This document shows, in pieces, positions 18,967 through 29,344 of a stretch of 64,000 nucleotides of DNA (position 1 is the first letter of the stretch; the number at the start of each line of letters is the position of its first letter). The notes below the pieces were generated by a model. The model saw only the letters and a list, made by a program, of their open reading frames with translations, was not told where the DNA came from and searched no databases. The position numbers and the translations under genes were made by a program. This DNA comes from a virus (Duplodnaviria > Caudoviricetes): positions 31,046 through 95,045 of the IMG/VR virus record IMGVR_UViG_3300044716_000122; one strand, given 5' to 3'.

Positions 18967-19479
18967 TTATAATTTTTTTCTAACTATTTTTTTAGGATAT
19001 GCTACTGAATCTTTAGTAATATTATACCTTTGATTAAATTCTTCTTGAGTCACCATCTGCATGTCACGTTTACTAACATTATAGTTTGGTCCTTTTTTCT
19101 TATTAAAAGCAACCTCCGAAACAAATTCTTGGTTCTCAGGATTCTTTACATTATCCTTCCATCTTACTACAAGTGTAGGTTTAGGTTTAGGTTGAGAATT
19201 AGGACTAGGCTTTTGAGAATTTAACATACCATCTTCTCCCTTACGCATTCCTGAAAGAGTTTTAGCTAAGTTAGCTCTCTTAACAGTAGTAGAAGAGTAA
19301 GCACCTTTATTGCTAAGTACTTTATTACGGAATGCAGGTACAGACATACCAGCCTTCTTAGCTTGGGCAGTAAAAGATCCTGGCTTCTTGATAGCACCTT
19401 TGATCCAATTACCCCCTGATTTCATTTTCTTACCACCGCATTCCATGCAGCCCATGTAAGAGTCTTTTAGACGACCCAT
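18967..19479 (-). CDS. Basic internal virion protein
   Basis: NWIKGAIKKPGSFT...KRANLAKTL module; MECGG, MKSGG and GEDG motifs. Confidence 0.55.
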   Translation of the reverse strand: MGRLKDSYMGCMECGGKKMKSGGNWIKGAIKKPGSFTAQAKKAGMSVPAFRNKVLSNKGAYSSTTVKRANLAKTLSGMRKGEDGMLNSQKPSPNSQPKPKPTLVVRWKDNVKNPENQEFVSEVAFNKKKGPNYNVSKRDMQMVTQEEFNQRYNITKDSVAYPKKIVRKKL

Positions 19480-19489
19480 ATATTTTATT

Positions 19490-19885
19490 TTAAGTTAGTG
19501 TTAGTAAGTAAAGAGTCTCAGTAATAAGACCAATAATCTCATCAATGATATTTTGAATGTGAGTGTTCTCCATACCCAATACTCCTCTGTGTTTGAAGAC
19601 GTAATCTTTCATGTAGGTTAAGTGAGTCTTAGAGTTCATGTATTCAGATGCAGGGATCTTAATGTTAAGACGTTTTCCTACAGTACCAAAGTATGATTCA
19701 GTAAGAGAATCAATAAGGTCAAGAATTCCATCATAATAAGAATTCAAAGCTTTGTGTTCTGAAAACGAAGTACTTTGAAGGTGAGTCAAGTGCATTATAT
19801 CACGTGACTGAAACAATTGGCCGATAAAGATCTCAGGCTTAATTGTTGTGAATAATTCTTTTTCTTTCATGTTGAAGTTGCTCAT
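19490..19885 (-). CDS. Ferritin/Dps-like four-helix protein (DUF5856-like)
   Basis: HLTHLQSTSFSEHKALNSYYD...IDSLTE..G and terminal TLYLLTL pattern. Confidence 0.7.
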   Translation of the reverse strand: MSNFNMKEKELFTTIKPEIFIGQLFQSRDIMHLTHLQSTSFSEHKALNSYYDGILDLIDSLTESYFGTVGKRLNIKIPASEYMNSKTHLTYMKDYVFKHRGVLGMENTHIQNIIDEIIGLITETLYLLTLT

Positions 19886-22800
19886 GGATTGGTTTGGGTT
19901 ATTTGTATAGTATTGATAAACTTAAATCTAGAGTAAGCATCTTGTATAAGTCTTACTTTAGCAAAGTCTGATTTAATTTTATTCTTCTGATAGGAAACAG
20001 AAGTAGGTCTTACACTCTTAGTGTTTGGAACCTTATCAATTGGATACTGAGTTACTAGATCTCCCCACTGAGTAGACCAAAGTGGTTGTCCATTTCCTTG
20101 TGCTGCAACGTTCCAAAATCCATTAAAGGTATAAAGCTGTTCTCTGCGAGAGATAAGAGCTTCTATGCCCGTTGCTGTCATTCTAGGATAGGTTATCTTC
20201 TGTCTTGTGTTACCGAACTCTTCAGGAATCAATTTAATAATACCAGAAGACTGTTCTTTGTTATAGATAATCGCCTTAGTAAAGTTTGCTAAGTTCTTTT
20301 TATTTGCAGTAGACAAAGAGTAGTACTCGTAATCAGAGTAGTATTCTTGGATGTCTTGCATCAAAGTAACAGAGTTAACCGTAGATACCTGAGGGAATGA
20401 GTTTGCATTATATTCTAGTATGTAAGGATACAAAGTTCCGTAGTAAGTCTGGTAAGTAAATATAGACAAGTTATGATTCCAAGTAGTAGCACCTGCACTT
20501 GTATTAATAATAGTTTGGAAATGTCCTAACAAAGGAATAAAGAAGTTAGGAAGGAAAGAATAGAAAGAAATAAAGTTCTTAAGCTTAGGAGAGTATGCAA
20601 CTGTCCAAGACTTATTCTCGAAGTAAGTTGAATTAGTTAACTGAACTTCTGTAAAGATAGCCCCATCTTGGTAATAAAATTTACGATCCTCGAAAGTTAC
20701 TGTACCAGTAAGATCTTTTCTTACTCTGTAATCTAACTTAGTGATAAATACTCTTTCATATCTTTCATCCCAGCCCATTACAATACCTAATCCTGCTTGT
20801 GGAGTATCTATATCTACAGTAGGGAAGTCTTTAATTATTTGGAAAGGAAGATTGTTCTTAAACCAGTTAAAGTTATTCTCTGTTTTAATTTCATTAAATC
20901 CTTCTCCTGTGATCTGATAGATATGACCACGCTTAGCATCTACCCAGAATGTTCCATACTCACACTTAACATAAGCTCTGTGTTGAGTTCCTATGTAACC
21001 TAGATCTGTCTTAGAAAGATCTACAGGCTTTTGTTTAAACATCTCTGCATTACCAATCTCTAACTGATAAGGAGAAGTAGTGCTTAGAGTAATACGAGAG
21101 TTGTATACTTTAGTTGTATTCTCAAACCTAGCATATACTCTTTCGTTCTCTCCTGAGTTTAGATCTATTAAGCGACCTCCTTGCTTAGGAAAGTCATAGA
21201 AGTTTCCTGGACGGAATACTCTCCAAGCATCTGAAAGATAGTTAGAAGCATTGGCAGGGTCTGAATAGATTACTCTGTTTTGATGATAAGCCAAACATCC
21301 TAGTTCAGGATACTTTAATCTATAAGGAAGGTTAGGACTTAAGTTCTGTGCAGAGTAAGTAGCGTTGTAACTATAGAAATTGTCATACTTAATAGGTACG
21401 TTTACTTCATGCAACCAATCATCTGGAATACCTTCTCCTACATTAGGATAGAAGTTTTCTTCTAAGTCGTTTCTTCCATGACGTAAGTCTACATTAATAT
21501 CAGACTCTACATAGAATATAGGTATACCGTAAGAAGCTGTATAGAAATAACCTTCATGGGTAAGAGCTAGGTTAGGATTTCTTGCATCTAAATTTGTCTT
21601 AGGCAGGAAGTCATTAAATACAGAAGCAATGGTAGCAGCTAAAGCCTGATCTGCCAATATATCAAGAGCGATAGCAGGTACTGTAGCTCCAGGAATTAAT
21701 TTACCAAGTGCAGCTAAAAGTTTAGGAGCAAATGCTACTACTAAAGCTCCTGTTAAAGTGCCAACTATATCTCCTGTAGTAATAGGTTCAGAACTGTTTC
21801 CTACATAGTAAGTAGGATATCCAAGATTCGGGAATAACCAATAGTCAAAAGGAACATTATCTACCTTAGCAGGAAGATTAGCCAAGTTACGGGTGAAGAA
21901 AGAATGTTTACGCTTTAGTGCAAACTTATTAATGTAAGTATCTCCTCCAAATGCAGGATAATACTTTCTTTCAAGAGTATATACCCCACTAGAGTTTAAA
22001 TAAAACTTAGCTGAGTACCCAGTAGAAACATATTTAATGTTTTCTATAGCACCATATTGATTAGGAAAGTTTCTTTTAATAGAAGCATAGTACGCTCGTG
22101 TATTAGACTCTACTTCTTGTAAAGGATTGTCTTCCAGGTTTGCTTGCTTTATTGTAAAACGAGTAGTATCTTTAGATAAAGTAGGATTATGAATTGGAAA
22201 AGATCCACTTGTTTTTAAATAAACAGAAGTCTCCCTTAGTCTATTGTGAAGGGGAGCATCATCATTTAACTCTACAATTTTATCATTAGCGTAAAGTCCT
22301 ATATCTAAGAATCTTCTTTTATTGCCTGCATTAGGAATAGATTCGTACCGACTATATTTACCTACTGAATTGTATTGGTAAGCCATGTTTTTATTAGGAA
22401 CAATCTTTTCTAAAAGATCTCTCATAATACTCATATTACTGAGCATGCTTGTAATATCACTACGAGAAGTAACTGTGTTTCCTCCATCTAATAATGTAAC
22501 TTTTGTTTGAGATTCAATTACAGTAGCTAATGCTCCTGCTATAATTCCAATTAAACTATTTGCTGTACTATCTAAAAGCCTATACTGAGGATGATCTAGT
22601 ACAGGAACAAAGTGGCCCTTTACTTTACCATACTCTAAAGTTTCTAGTTTAAGTTCTGTTCCAATCTTAGGAAGTTGGAAGTGTGTATCAGGAGAATGAA
22701 ATATATACCTAGATCCAATAGTGTTGAATCCCTCATGCAACTGCATTCCAAAATCAGAATCATCAATTCCTCTATCTCCTTTATTATACCAGTCTGGAGT

Positions 22801-24750
22801 AGATTTAATATAAGCATCAGGACCTAAATCATTGTAAGGATAGTTAGGATAGTAAAACTTTTTATTTGATTTAACATCTTTAAAAGTTCCTACATCATAA
22901 ACAAGCCCCTTAGCTATGACTGATTTATTGTTTACACGATTACCTCTTACTAGCTCATAGCCACAGATTAATCCTTTAACAGGAATTAAGTTATTGCCTT
23001 GGGTGTTTAAAGGATCTTGAATAGAAGCAGTTTGTAATAATGCTTCTAGTTGAGTTTCATTAATACGTACTCCTATAGGATAGATTAAATCTTTATCATC
23101 TGCATGAATGTGATTTACAGCACTATCAGGAAACTTGTGGAATCTAATAGGCAGTCCTGCTAAGCTTCCCCATACTGATTCGTAACAAGGATAAGTTTCT
23201 GTAGACTCCCAATAAGCAAACTTTCCAGATTTACTTGATACAATCTTACAACTATACTGTTCTTCTTGTTTAGTAGGCGTATTAGTAGGGGGAACATATC
23301 CACTATCTGCTGTATTATATACTTCCCACTTAAAAGGATCTCTTCCAATAATGCAATCATTTTCTATTACAAACGAATCATTGTTTGTTGATTTCGGAAT
23401 AGTACTATTTTCTCCTGCAGCAGGATCAATTATTCTTCCAGGTATATGAAATACATCTGTATACTTTCCGTTCTGTAGTCTAAACTTAATACCAAAAGGA
23501 TAAACTTCATCTCTTTGGTATGTACGGAAGAAATAAGCAATCTCTGGGTTAGAGTAATCAAACTTATTATCTACAGGCATCTCTACAGTTTCCCACCTTA
23601 ACTCAATCTCATTGGCTAGGAGTTGGAAGTTATACTTAGGAGTCTCTGTAAGATCTGCAAGCATTAGAATATCAGTTTGCTTCTCAATGATTCCTGCATT
23701 ACTATAATGAGGGCTTCTAATTAAGGGAACAATAGATGAGAATGTAGAAGAGTAGTCTCCTGAGTAAGTTAAAGAATCTTTGTTTGTAGAAAGATTTACT
23801 CTATACGTACCTACCAGATGGTATGTAGTTACTTCATTTATGTTTTCAGCTACTACTAAGTTAAAGTAATCAAACAAAGTAGTACTATGTTCTATAGCAA
23901 CTCTGATAGATTTAGAAGTCTCGTATTCAGTTTGCTCTGTAATAGCACGTTCAAAGATTGGAAGAGGGTTACAGAAATCAATATAGTCTGTAAGTTCTTT
24001 TCCATTCTCATCTGAATAAGCAATTGAAAAAGAGTATACACCTCCCTTGAGTCTTCCTCCTGAATCTACTGAAGTCGGATAAATAACTGCTTGGCAAAAG
24101 TCTGGAAATAATTTTAGTCTGTCACAAGCTGTAGCCAAGTCAGGAATAGGAACCCCACACTGATCATTACCAAAAGGTTCTTCTAACCAGAAGTACTTAG
24201 GAGTAATGTTCTTACCAATAAAGTAAACTTTAGTTTTACAATCATCAATACGATACTCTGCAAATACAGGATAGTCTGGACTAAGTCCTAAACAACACTT
24301 ACCATTAGGGCAAGTATCATTCATAATAATATTAAAGCTACAACAATTTACACTATCTCCTGCTCCTTCTCCGTAGTATGCTTCTACAGTACTTGATACA
24401 ACTGTTCCAGAAATACAACCACAATCTGTTTCTGATTTAACTAATTGATTACAATCTTTGCTGAGGTTTATAACCTCACCTATCATAGACCTCCCATCAG
24501 GATGAGCTAGGAATACAAGTAACTTAGATTGTTCTGTAATATTTAAAACTCCGACAATCTTAAACCCAGGGAATGTAGAAGTAAAGTCAACACAGACTTG
24601 ATTGGAGGGCTCATTAGTATATGTAGTTGAATTACCATCGTGAGATTGAATGTTTGCGTTTAAAGCAAACGTAATCATATTCTCCTTTATCTGGTAGTTA
24701 ACTGAATCTAAATTTAACCCAGCAATGTTCTGATTGATTTTATTCTCCAT
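19882..24750 (-). CDS. Tail stabilisation/muzzle protein
   Basis: 1622 aa, beta-rich; GGDTYI, FWVDAKRG and SWTVAYS...FISFYSFLP motifs; expected position in the crAss tail module. Confidence 0.75.
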   Translation of the reverse strand: MENKINQNIAGLNLDSVNYQIKENMITFALNANIQSHDGNSTTYTNEPSNQVCVDFTSTFPGFKIVGVLNITEQSKLLVFLAHPDGRSMIGEVINLSKDCNQLVKSETDCGCISGTVVSSTVEAYYGEGAGDSVNCCSFNIIMNDTCPNGKCCLGLSPDYPVFAEYRIDDCKTKVYFIGKNITPKYFWLEEPFGNDQCGVPIPDLATACDRLKLFPDFCQAVIYPTSVDSGGRLKGGVYSFSIAYSDENGKELTDYIDFCNPLPIFERAITEQTEYETSKSIRVAIEHSTTLFDYFNLVVAENINEVTTYHLVGTYRVNLSTNKDSLTYSGDYSSTFSSIVPLIRSPHYSNAGIIEKQTDILMLADLTETPKYNFQLLANEIELRWETVEMPVDNKFDYSNPEIAYFFRTYQRDEVYPFGIKFRLQNGKYTDVFHIPGRIIDPAAGENSTIPKSTNNDSFVIENDCIIGRDPFKWEVYNTADSGYVPPTNTPTKQEEQYSCKIVSSKSGKFAYWESTETYPCYESVWGSLAGLPIRFHKFPDSAVNHIHADDKDLIYPIGVRINETQLEALLQTASIQDPLNTQGNNLIPVKGLICGYELVRGNRVNNKSVIAKGLVYDVGTFKDVKSNKKFYYPNYPYNDLGPDAYIKSTPDWYNKGDRGIDDSDFGMQLHEGFNTIGSRYIFHSPDTHFQLPKIGTELKLETLEYGKVKGHFVPVLDHPQYRLLDSTANSLIGIIAGALATVIESQTKVTLLDGGNTVTSRSDITSMLSNMSIMRDLLEKIVPNKNMAYQYNSVGKYSRYESIPNAGNKRRFLDIGLYANDKIVELNDDAPLHNRLRETSVYLKTSGSFPIHNPTLSKDTTRFTIKQANLEDNPLQEVESNTRAYYASIKRNFPNQYGAIENIKYVSTGYSAKFYLNSSGVYTLERKYYPAFGGDTYINKFALKRKHSFFTRNLANLPAKVDNVPFDYWLFPNLGYPTYYVGNSSEPITTGDIVGTLTGALVVAFAPKLLAALGKLIPGATVPAIALDILADQALAATIASVFNDFLPKTNLDARNPNLALTHEGYFYTASYGIPIFYVESDINVDLRHGRNDLEENFYPNVGEGIPDDWLHEVNVPIKYDNFYSYNATYSAQNLSPNLPYRLKYPELGCLAYHQNRVIYSDPANASNYLSDAWRVFRPGNFYDFPKQGGRLIDLNSGENERVYARFENTTKVYNSRITLSTTSPYQLEIGNAEMFKQKPVDLSKTDLGYIGTQHRAYVKCEYGTFWVDAKRGHIYQITGEGFNEIKTENNFNWFKNNLPFQIIKDFPTVDIDTPQAGLGIVMGWDERYERVFITKLDYRVRKDLTGTVTFEDRKFYYQDGAIFTEVQLTNSTYFENKSWTVAYSPKLKNFISFYSFLPNFFIPLLGHFQTIINTSAGATTWNHNLSIFTYQTYYGTLYPYILEYNANSFPQVSTVNSVTLMQDIQEYYSDYEYYSLSTANKKNLANFTKAIIYNKEQSSGIIKLIPEEFGNTRQKITYPRMTATGIEALISRREQLYTFNGFWNVAAQGNGQPLWSTQWGDLVTQYPIDKVPNTKSVRPTSVSYQKNKIKSDFAKVRLIQDAYSRFKFINTIQITQTNP

Positions 24751-24755
24751 TAAGT

Positions 24756-25592
24756 TTATTGGATATGAAATTTAATAAAGCGATTACGCATCTTAGCTAC
24801 GTTATCTGCCATCTGTTGTTTGGTGTAAGTTAACAAATAACCATTAGCTGCTTGCAATTTATTAAGTTGATCTTGTCTATAGTACTGAAACTTAGCCTCT
24901 ACCTGACGTTGACTCTCGTCTACTACTGAATGCCAAAGTTGTTCAAAAAACTTAAACTTAAGATAAGACTTGATATACTCTTCCACTTCAAGAATTTCTG
25001 GAACCATAGGTAAGTTATCATCGTCCATTGGACGTGAGAAATATCTAACGTATATGCAACCAGTTTCAAACGTAGATGTGACAGTTTTATTAGGATGAAT
25101 TTGAATAACATCATTTGAAGAAGTACTAAGGTTAGGACAGTCCTCTACACAAAGTGCTTTAGATCCATAGTAAACTTTAATCCAAGTAGGTTGCTTCATT
25201 GTGATTTTAAAGCCAGGAGTAGAAACAGATACTGTTTCATACATCTCTTCTTTAAGTCCGCAGTCTGTACAACCGTTAGTACATTGAATAGACTTATACC
25301 AACTACCTCTAACAGAGTTTACTCCTTGAGACCAGAAGATCTCAGAGTCATAGTGTATAGCATAGTCTAGTAGTCCAAAGTCGCAAGGAAGTTCTGACTT
25401 GTAGTTGTGAAAAGACAAAACCAATTCTTCTGGTTTCAAGACCATTACCCTAAGCTTACGAAGTGACTGATCTATGTAAGTAGGAATCATCACTTCACTT
25501 ATTGCACCTGCCTCAAAGTACGACTTTAACTCTTGCTTTACTTCCGCAATTAAAGGCTCTGATGAAATAAAGTTAGTGTTATCGTAATTCAT
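24756..25592 (-). CDS. Tail ring/tubular protein
   Basis: 278 aa next to the muzzle gene; IYVRY...P.DDDNLPMVP motif. Confidence 0.6.
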   Translation of the reverse strand: MNYDNTNFISSEPLIAEVKQELKSYFEAGAISEVMIPTYIDQSLRKLRVMVLKPEELVLSFHNYKSELPCDFGLLDYAIHYDSEIFWSQGVNSVRGSWYKSIQCTNGCTDCGLKEEMYETVSVSTPGFKITMKQPTWIKVYYGSKALCVEDCPNLSTSSNDVIQIHPNKTVTSTFETGCIYVRYFSRPMDDDNLPMVPEILEVEEYIKSYLKFKFFEQLWHSVVDESQRQVEAKFQYYRQDQLNKLQAANGYLLTYTKQQMADNVAKMRNRFIKFHIQ

Positions 25593-25603
25593 GTTTTTAT
25601 ATT

Positions 25604-26095
25604 TTAAGACTGTATGTCTATTTTGTTTTCTCTTATAGCTTGCGCTAGTACTGATTTGTGTTTGTTAGACACTCTTAAATCGTAGAAGCCAAACTGTACT
25701 ACCCTCTTATAGTAAGGATACAAGTGAAACTTATAGATGGCACCATTGGTATGTGTGTTTCTATAAGGCACTTTGACACCAGTTTCGTGGTAGAGTTTCC
25801 AGTTAATAATCGTATGTTTACCTTTTGCAATTGCATTTTCTGTTTTTACAACTTTAATGGAACCTAAGTTTGGAAATCTAATAGCGTATCTACCACGTAA
25901 CAATCTTTCCATAAGCTTTAAGTGAATCTTTTTAGGGATGCCACAGAATTCTCTATAGGTGATATCTTTACGTTTGGTTTCTTTTAAGAACATTTCGTAA
26001 GCAGCAAGAGCAGTGTAGTTAGTATCTGACGCTGTATCTTTCTCTTTTTGTCTTACTGTGGATTGCTGGTTTTTTCGTATGAAGTCTCTCGACAT
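25604..26095 (-). CDS. IHF/HU-like DNA-binding protein
   Basis: Basic, IRFPNLGSIKV motif; crAss-like phages carry such a gene among the tail genes. Confidence 0.55.
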   Translation of the reverse strand: MSRDFIRKNQQSTVRQKEKDTASDTNYTALAAYEMFLKETKRKDITYREFCGIPKKIHLKLMERLLRGRYAIRFPNLGSIKVVKTENAIAKGKHTIINWKLYHETGVKVPYRNTHTNGAIYKFHLYPYYKRVVQFGFYDLRVSNKHKSVLAQAIRENKIDIQS

Positions 26096-26097
26096 AA

Positions 26098-26739
26098 TTA
26101 GTTGGGTTCATCTCGGTTGTTATCTTCTAGGTCTTGAGGAATTCTTTGATAGTTCATCAATGACTGAGTACACATTTCAATCAATGCGTCTGTTAGATAA
26201 CCTGGAAATTTAAATTGTTTATCGTACATACTTAAACATTCTGTACCATCTATGTCTTCTATAGACTCAGTAAAGTAAGCGTACATATTAACACACTCTA
26301 CATCAGGATCTAAAACATACAAATATCCATTACGAATGGTGTAGTATTTTTTAGGGGTCTTAAAGCGTAAGCGGGAGTGGTTGATAAAATCTCTAATAGT
26401 TGTAGGGAAAAGTTCTTCTGAGTTTGAAGTATTGAATACCCCCTGAATGAAATATGAATATAAACCTTCATCTATGCTTGGTAGTTTGTTTTTAGTTCTG
26501 CGTACAGGACAACCTAAATCACACTCTGATCCTTTAGCTTCAATTAAATGTACACACTCGTAAGCTTGATAAACATTATCTGAAGTAAGCAACCTTCTTA
26601 AGTTGATCTCTCTACGTAGTAAAGTAGATGCTTTAGTTTTTAATAAACCATAAATATAACGATCACTAATTAAGTCATCGTCACTAACAAACTTGTTAGC
26701 ACTCTTAACTCTACCGATCAATTCTGAATTTGTGTACAT
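26098..26739 (-). CDS. Tail ring protein
   Basis: 213 aa; YYTIRNGYLYV and terminal PQDLEDN; position in the tail module. Confidence 0.55.
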   Translation of the reverse strand: MYTNSELIGRVKSANKFVSDDDLISDRYIYGLLKTKASTLLRREINLRRLLTSDNVYQAYECVHLIEAKGSECDLGCPVRRTKNKLPSIDEGLYSYFIQGVFNTSNSEELFPTTIRDFINHSRLRFKTPKKYYTIRNGYLYVLDPDVECVNMYAYFTESIEDIDGTECLSMYDKQFKFPGYLTDALIEMCTQSLMNYQRIPQDLEDNNRDEPN

Positions 26740-26775
26740 CTCAGGATATAGTTTGGGTTAATTTAAGGTTCATTA

Positions 26776-26806
26776 CAAATATAATTTAATTTTAAGTTTA
26801 AGTCAA
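26776..26806 (-). promoter_or_regulatory. Bacteroidota sigma-A type promoter
   Basis: TTG-N20-TATATTTG. Confidence 0.7.
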
Positions 26807-26821
26807 GGGTTAATTTGAAAA

Positions 26822-26854
26822 CTAGAAGAGCCTACTTTCGCAGGCTCCTACTAG
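26822..26854 (-). terminator. Probable terminator hairpin
   Basis: CTAG..GAGCCT/AGGCTC..CTAG imperfect stem followed by Ts on the minus strand. Confidence 0.4.
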
Positions 26855-26899
26855 CAAGATGACAGGAAAACCAACCAAAAAATCCTGCCAAGATTTTTA

Positions 26900-28807
26900 T
26901 TAAGGTAGAATTGTGTAAGACAATCCTCCTAAAACAATTTCAACATTAACACCTGCTGTACCGTATACTACAGTACTTGCAGGGTAAGTAGGATAAGCAA
27001 TCAATCTCAACACTCCTGAACTATCTAAAGATACCATAGCATCAAATGATCCAGTAGGCTCAATAAAAGGAGTAGTACCTTTAAGGTAAACTTTAGCTTG
27101 AAGATATATTGTACCTGCAGGTCTAATTGCTACAGGAGCAGTTGCTATGTCTACAGGAGTTCCCGAAGTTAAAGCAAGTGTACCAGTAGAAGTTATACGA
27201 ATGTTTCCATTCAAAGTAACCATTTGTCCATGCAATACACCCATCAAGTATCCTGAACCAGGAGTTGTAGGAAATGATAAAGAGTTTCCATTAATAGCAC
27301 CTGTTACAGTAACAGGAGTAAAGTTATATCTTACAGGAGTAGCTAAGGTAGCTTCTAAGTTGACAGTTATATCTGTAGCATTGTTTGCACGAGTTGCAGT
27401 AACTGTTCCTCCAGTAGAAGTAAAGATAAGTTCTTTGTTTACAAACTCAGAGCCATTCCAGAATAAGGTATGATAAATTGCAGGAGCAGAAGTAACTACA
27501 TCTGCTAAAGCATTTATAGAACAACTGTTAAGCTGTGAGCAAACAAAACGAACTCCTGAAGCTAATGATAGATTTAATCCATCAGCATCACTTGTAGATA
27601 CAAAGTCAGATCCGTTTATTTTAAGTTTAAGTCTACCTAGAGTATCTACTACACGACCTAACTGAGTAGCTAGAGTTGTGCTACTGTTAGTGTAACCAAA
27701 AGTGTATCCGTAGTAAGGAGTAGAACCAAAGTTTGTGGTCCAAGTCAAAGCAAAATTTGCAGGGGCAAGAGAAGCTACAGTACTATTTAAAGAAGCAATC
27801 TGACTTGTAAACAAGATAGCTGCTGCACTTAAAGTACTAGTAGAAGATCCTCCTGACAAAGCAGAAGTATTAATAGATGCAGGAACTGCACTACCTCCTG
27901 AGATATAAGTTTTAAGAGCATTAGCTGCAGCTGTTGCAGTACCAATACTATAACTTTGTGATACGTACATGCCACACACATTAGTAGTAATCCAGTTAAT
28001 ATAATCTGATACTACGCTACTAGAAGGCTTAGTAGTCCATGAATAAGTAATACAAGGATCTGGAACCACCCCTGTCATATCTATACTTGTAGTAGTAGTA
28101 CAAAGTTTAGTTCCGTATGCAGTTAACACTTGACCTAAGGTAGAACTACCAGAAGTAATTCCTGTAACACATCCAGGTACTGTAAAAGTAGGAGTCTCTA
28201 CTGAAATTACTCTAGTGTTTAAAGAACATAAAGCAGCAGCACTAGCCTCAATAAATTGTTGAGCACTTGTAATAGAACTACCTACACTACTTAAGTTTCC
28301 TCCTACACGCAAACATCCGTAAGTAAATACAGAATAATCCAATCCTGAAGGAGTAGCTAAACAGATTCTTGCGTTAAGACTAGCAATAACTGTATCTAAG
28401 TTATTAGGAGAAGAAATCAAAGGGACTAAACTTAAAACTGCAATAGTTAAGTTATTAGCAGTAGTAGCTCCTCCGATAGTTGCACCTGCTACAGTCAAGA
28501 CATCATTAATTGTATATCCTGTACCAGGAGCTATAAGAGTAACTTTATATACAAGAGACCCTACAGTACGAGTTACCTTAACACTAAGACCACTACCAGT
28601 TCCTCCCGTAGGACTTACGGTGTAATCAGTAGTAGTTCCAGGGTTTACTGCAACTCCTGTAAAGTTAAAAGTTTTTACTCCTCCTGTTGCACAGAACAAG
28701 TCTGGACCAGAATAAGTAATACACTTGGCATAATTAGTTGAAATACAACCCACAGTAGCACAAGGGTCAATAGAATTAGTTCCGTAGCAATCAATACAAG
28801 TAGACAT
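26900..28807 (-). CDS. Cys/Thr/Ser-rich structural protein (fibre or hub-associated)
   Basis: ATG at 28807 (MSTCIDC) preferred over the TTG at 28822; beta-rich C-terminal domain. Confidence 0.55.
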   Translation of the reverse strand: MSTCIDCYGTNSIDPCATVGCISTNYAKCITYSGPDLFCATGGVKTFNFTGVAVNPGTTTDYTVSPTGGTGSGLSVKVTRTVGSLVYKVTLIAPGTGYTINDVLTVAGATIGGATTANNLTIAVLSLVPLISSPNNLDTVIASLNARICLATPSGLDYSVFTYGCLRVGGNLSSVGSSITSAQQFIEASAAALCSLNTRVISVETPTFTVPGCVTGITSGSSTLGQVLTAYGTKLCTTTTSIDMTGVVPDPCITYSWTTKPSSSVVSDYINWITTNVCGMYVSQSYSIGTATAAANALKTYISGGSAVPASINTSALSGGSSTSTLSAAAILFTSQIASLNSTVASLAPANFALTWTTNFGSTPYYGYTFGYTNSSTTLATQLGRVVDTLGRLKLKINGSDFVSTSDADGLNLSLASGVRFVCSQLNSCSINALADVVTSAPAIYHTLFWNGSEFVNKELIFTSTGGTVTATRANNATDITVNLEATLATPVRYNFTPVTVTGAINGNSLSFPTTPGSGYLMGVLHGQMVTLNGNIRITSTGTLALTSGTPVDIATAPVAIRPAGTIYLQAKVYLKGTTPFIEPTGSFDAMVSLDSSGVLRLIAYPTYPASTVVYGTAGVNVEIVLGGLSYTILP

Positions 28808-28809
28808 AG

Positions 28810-29340
28810 TTATGGGCAACAATCACAAAGTTTAACAATAATAGCTTGAAGTAATCCTCTAAGCGTAAGAATCTCATCACCAGAACAAGGATCATCTCCT
28901 AAACAACCATTAGCAGCTAACCAAGTTTTGAAAGAAGTATCTAAAGGAAGATCCATCCAAAATATATTACCTGAGTTAGTATTAATATTTCCTGCAGACA
29001 AGTAGTTTAAGCGAGAACGCAACTCACAAATAACTGCTACAAGTTTAAGTACAACTTCAGCAGAATAATATTTATCATCTGTTACTGTAAGACCTACTGT
29101 AGAAATTACCGAAGTAGTTCCACATGCTGTGTTAGCATTATCAAATGCAGTTTTATTTAATCCTACACGAGTGTCTATGTTAACTACTTTATCATCTAAC
29201 AACTTAAGCAAGTCGTTTAAGTAAGGGTCACAAGAATCAAAAGAATCTATAAGTCCTCCTGGAGTAGGAGTACCAGTGTATTTGACGCACCCAGAAGGAA
29301 CGATCTCGACACAGTTATTGGTAGGGCAGCATTTAGTCAT
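28810..29340 (-). CDS. Cys-rich structural protein
   Basis: 176 aa; N-terminal C..CVKYTG resembles the CITYSG start of the neighbouring gene. Confidence 0.5.
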   Translation of the reverse strand: MTKCCPTNNCVEIVPSGCVKYTGTPTPGGLIDSFDSCDPYLNDLLKLLDDKVVNIDTRVGLNKTAFDNANTACGTTSVISTVGLTVTDDKYYSAEVVLKLVAVICELRSRLNYLSAGNINTNSGNIFWMDLPLDTSFKTWLAANGCLGDDPCSGDEILTLRGLLQAIIVKLCDCCP

Positions 29341-29344
29341 TTTC

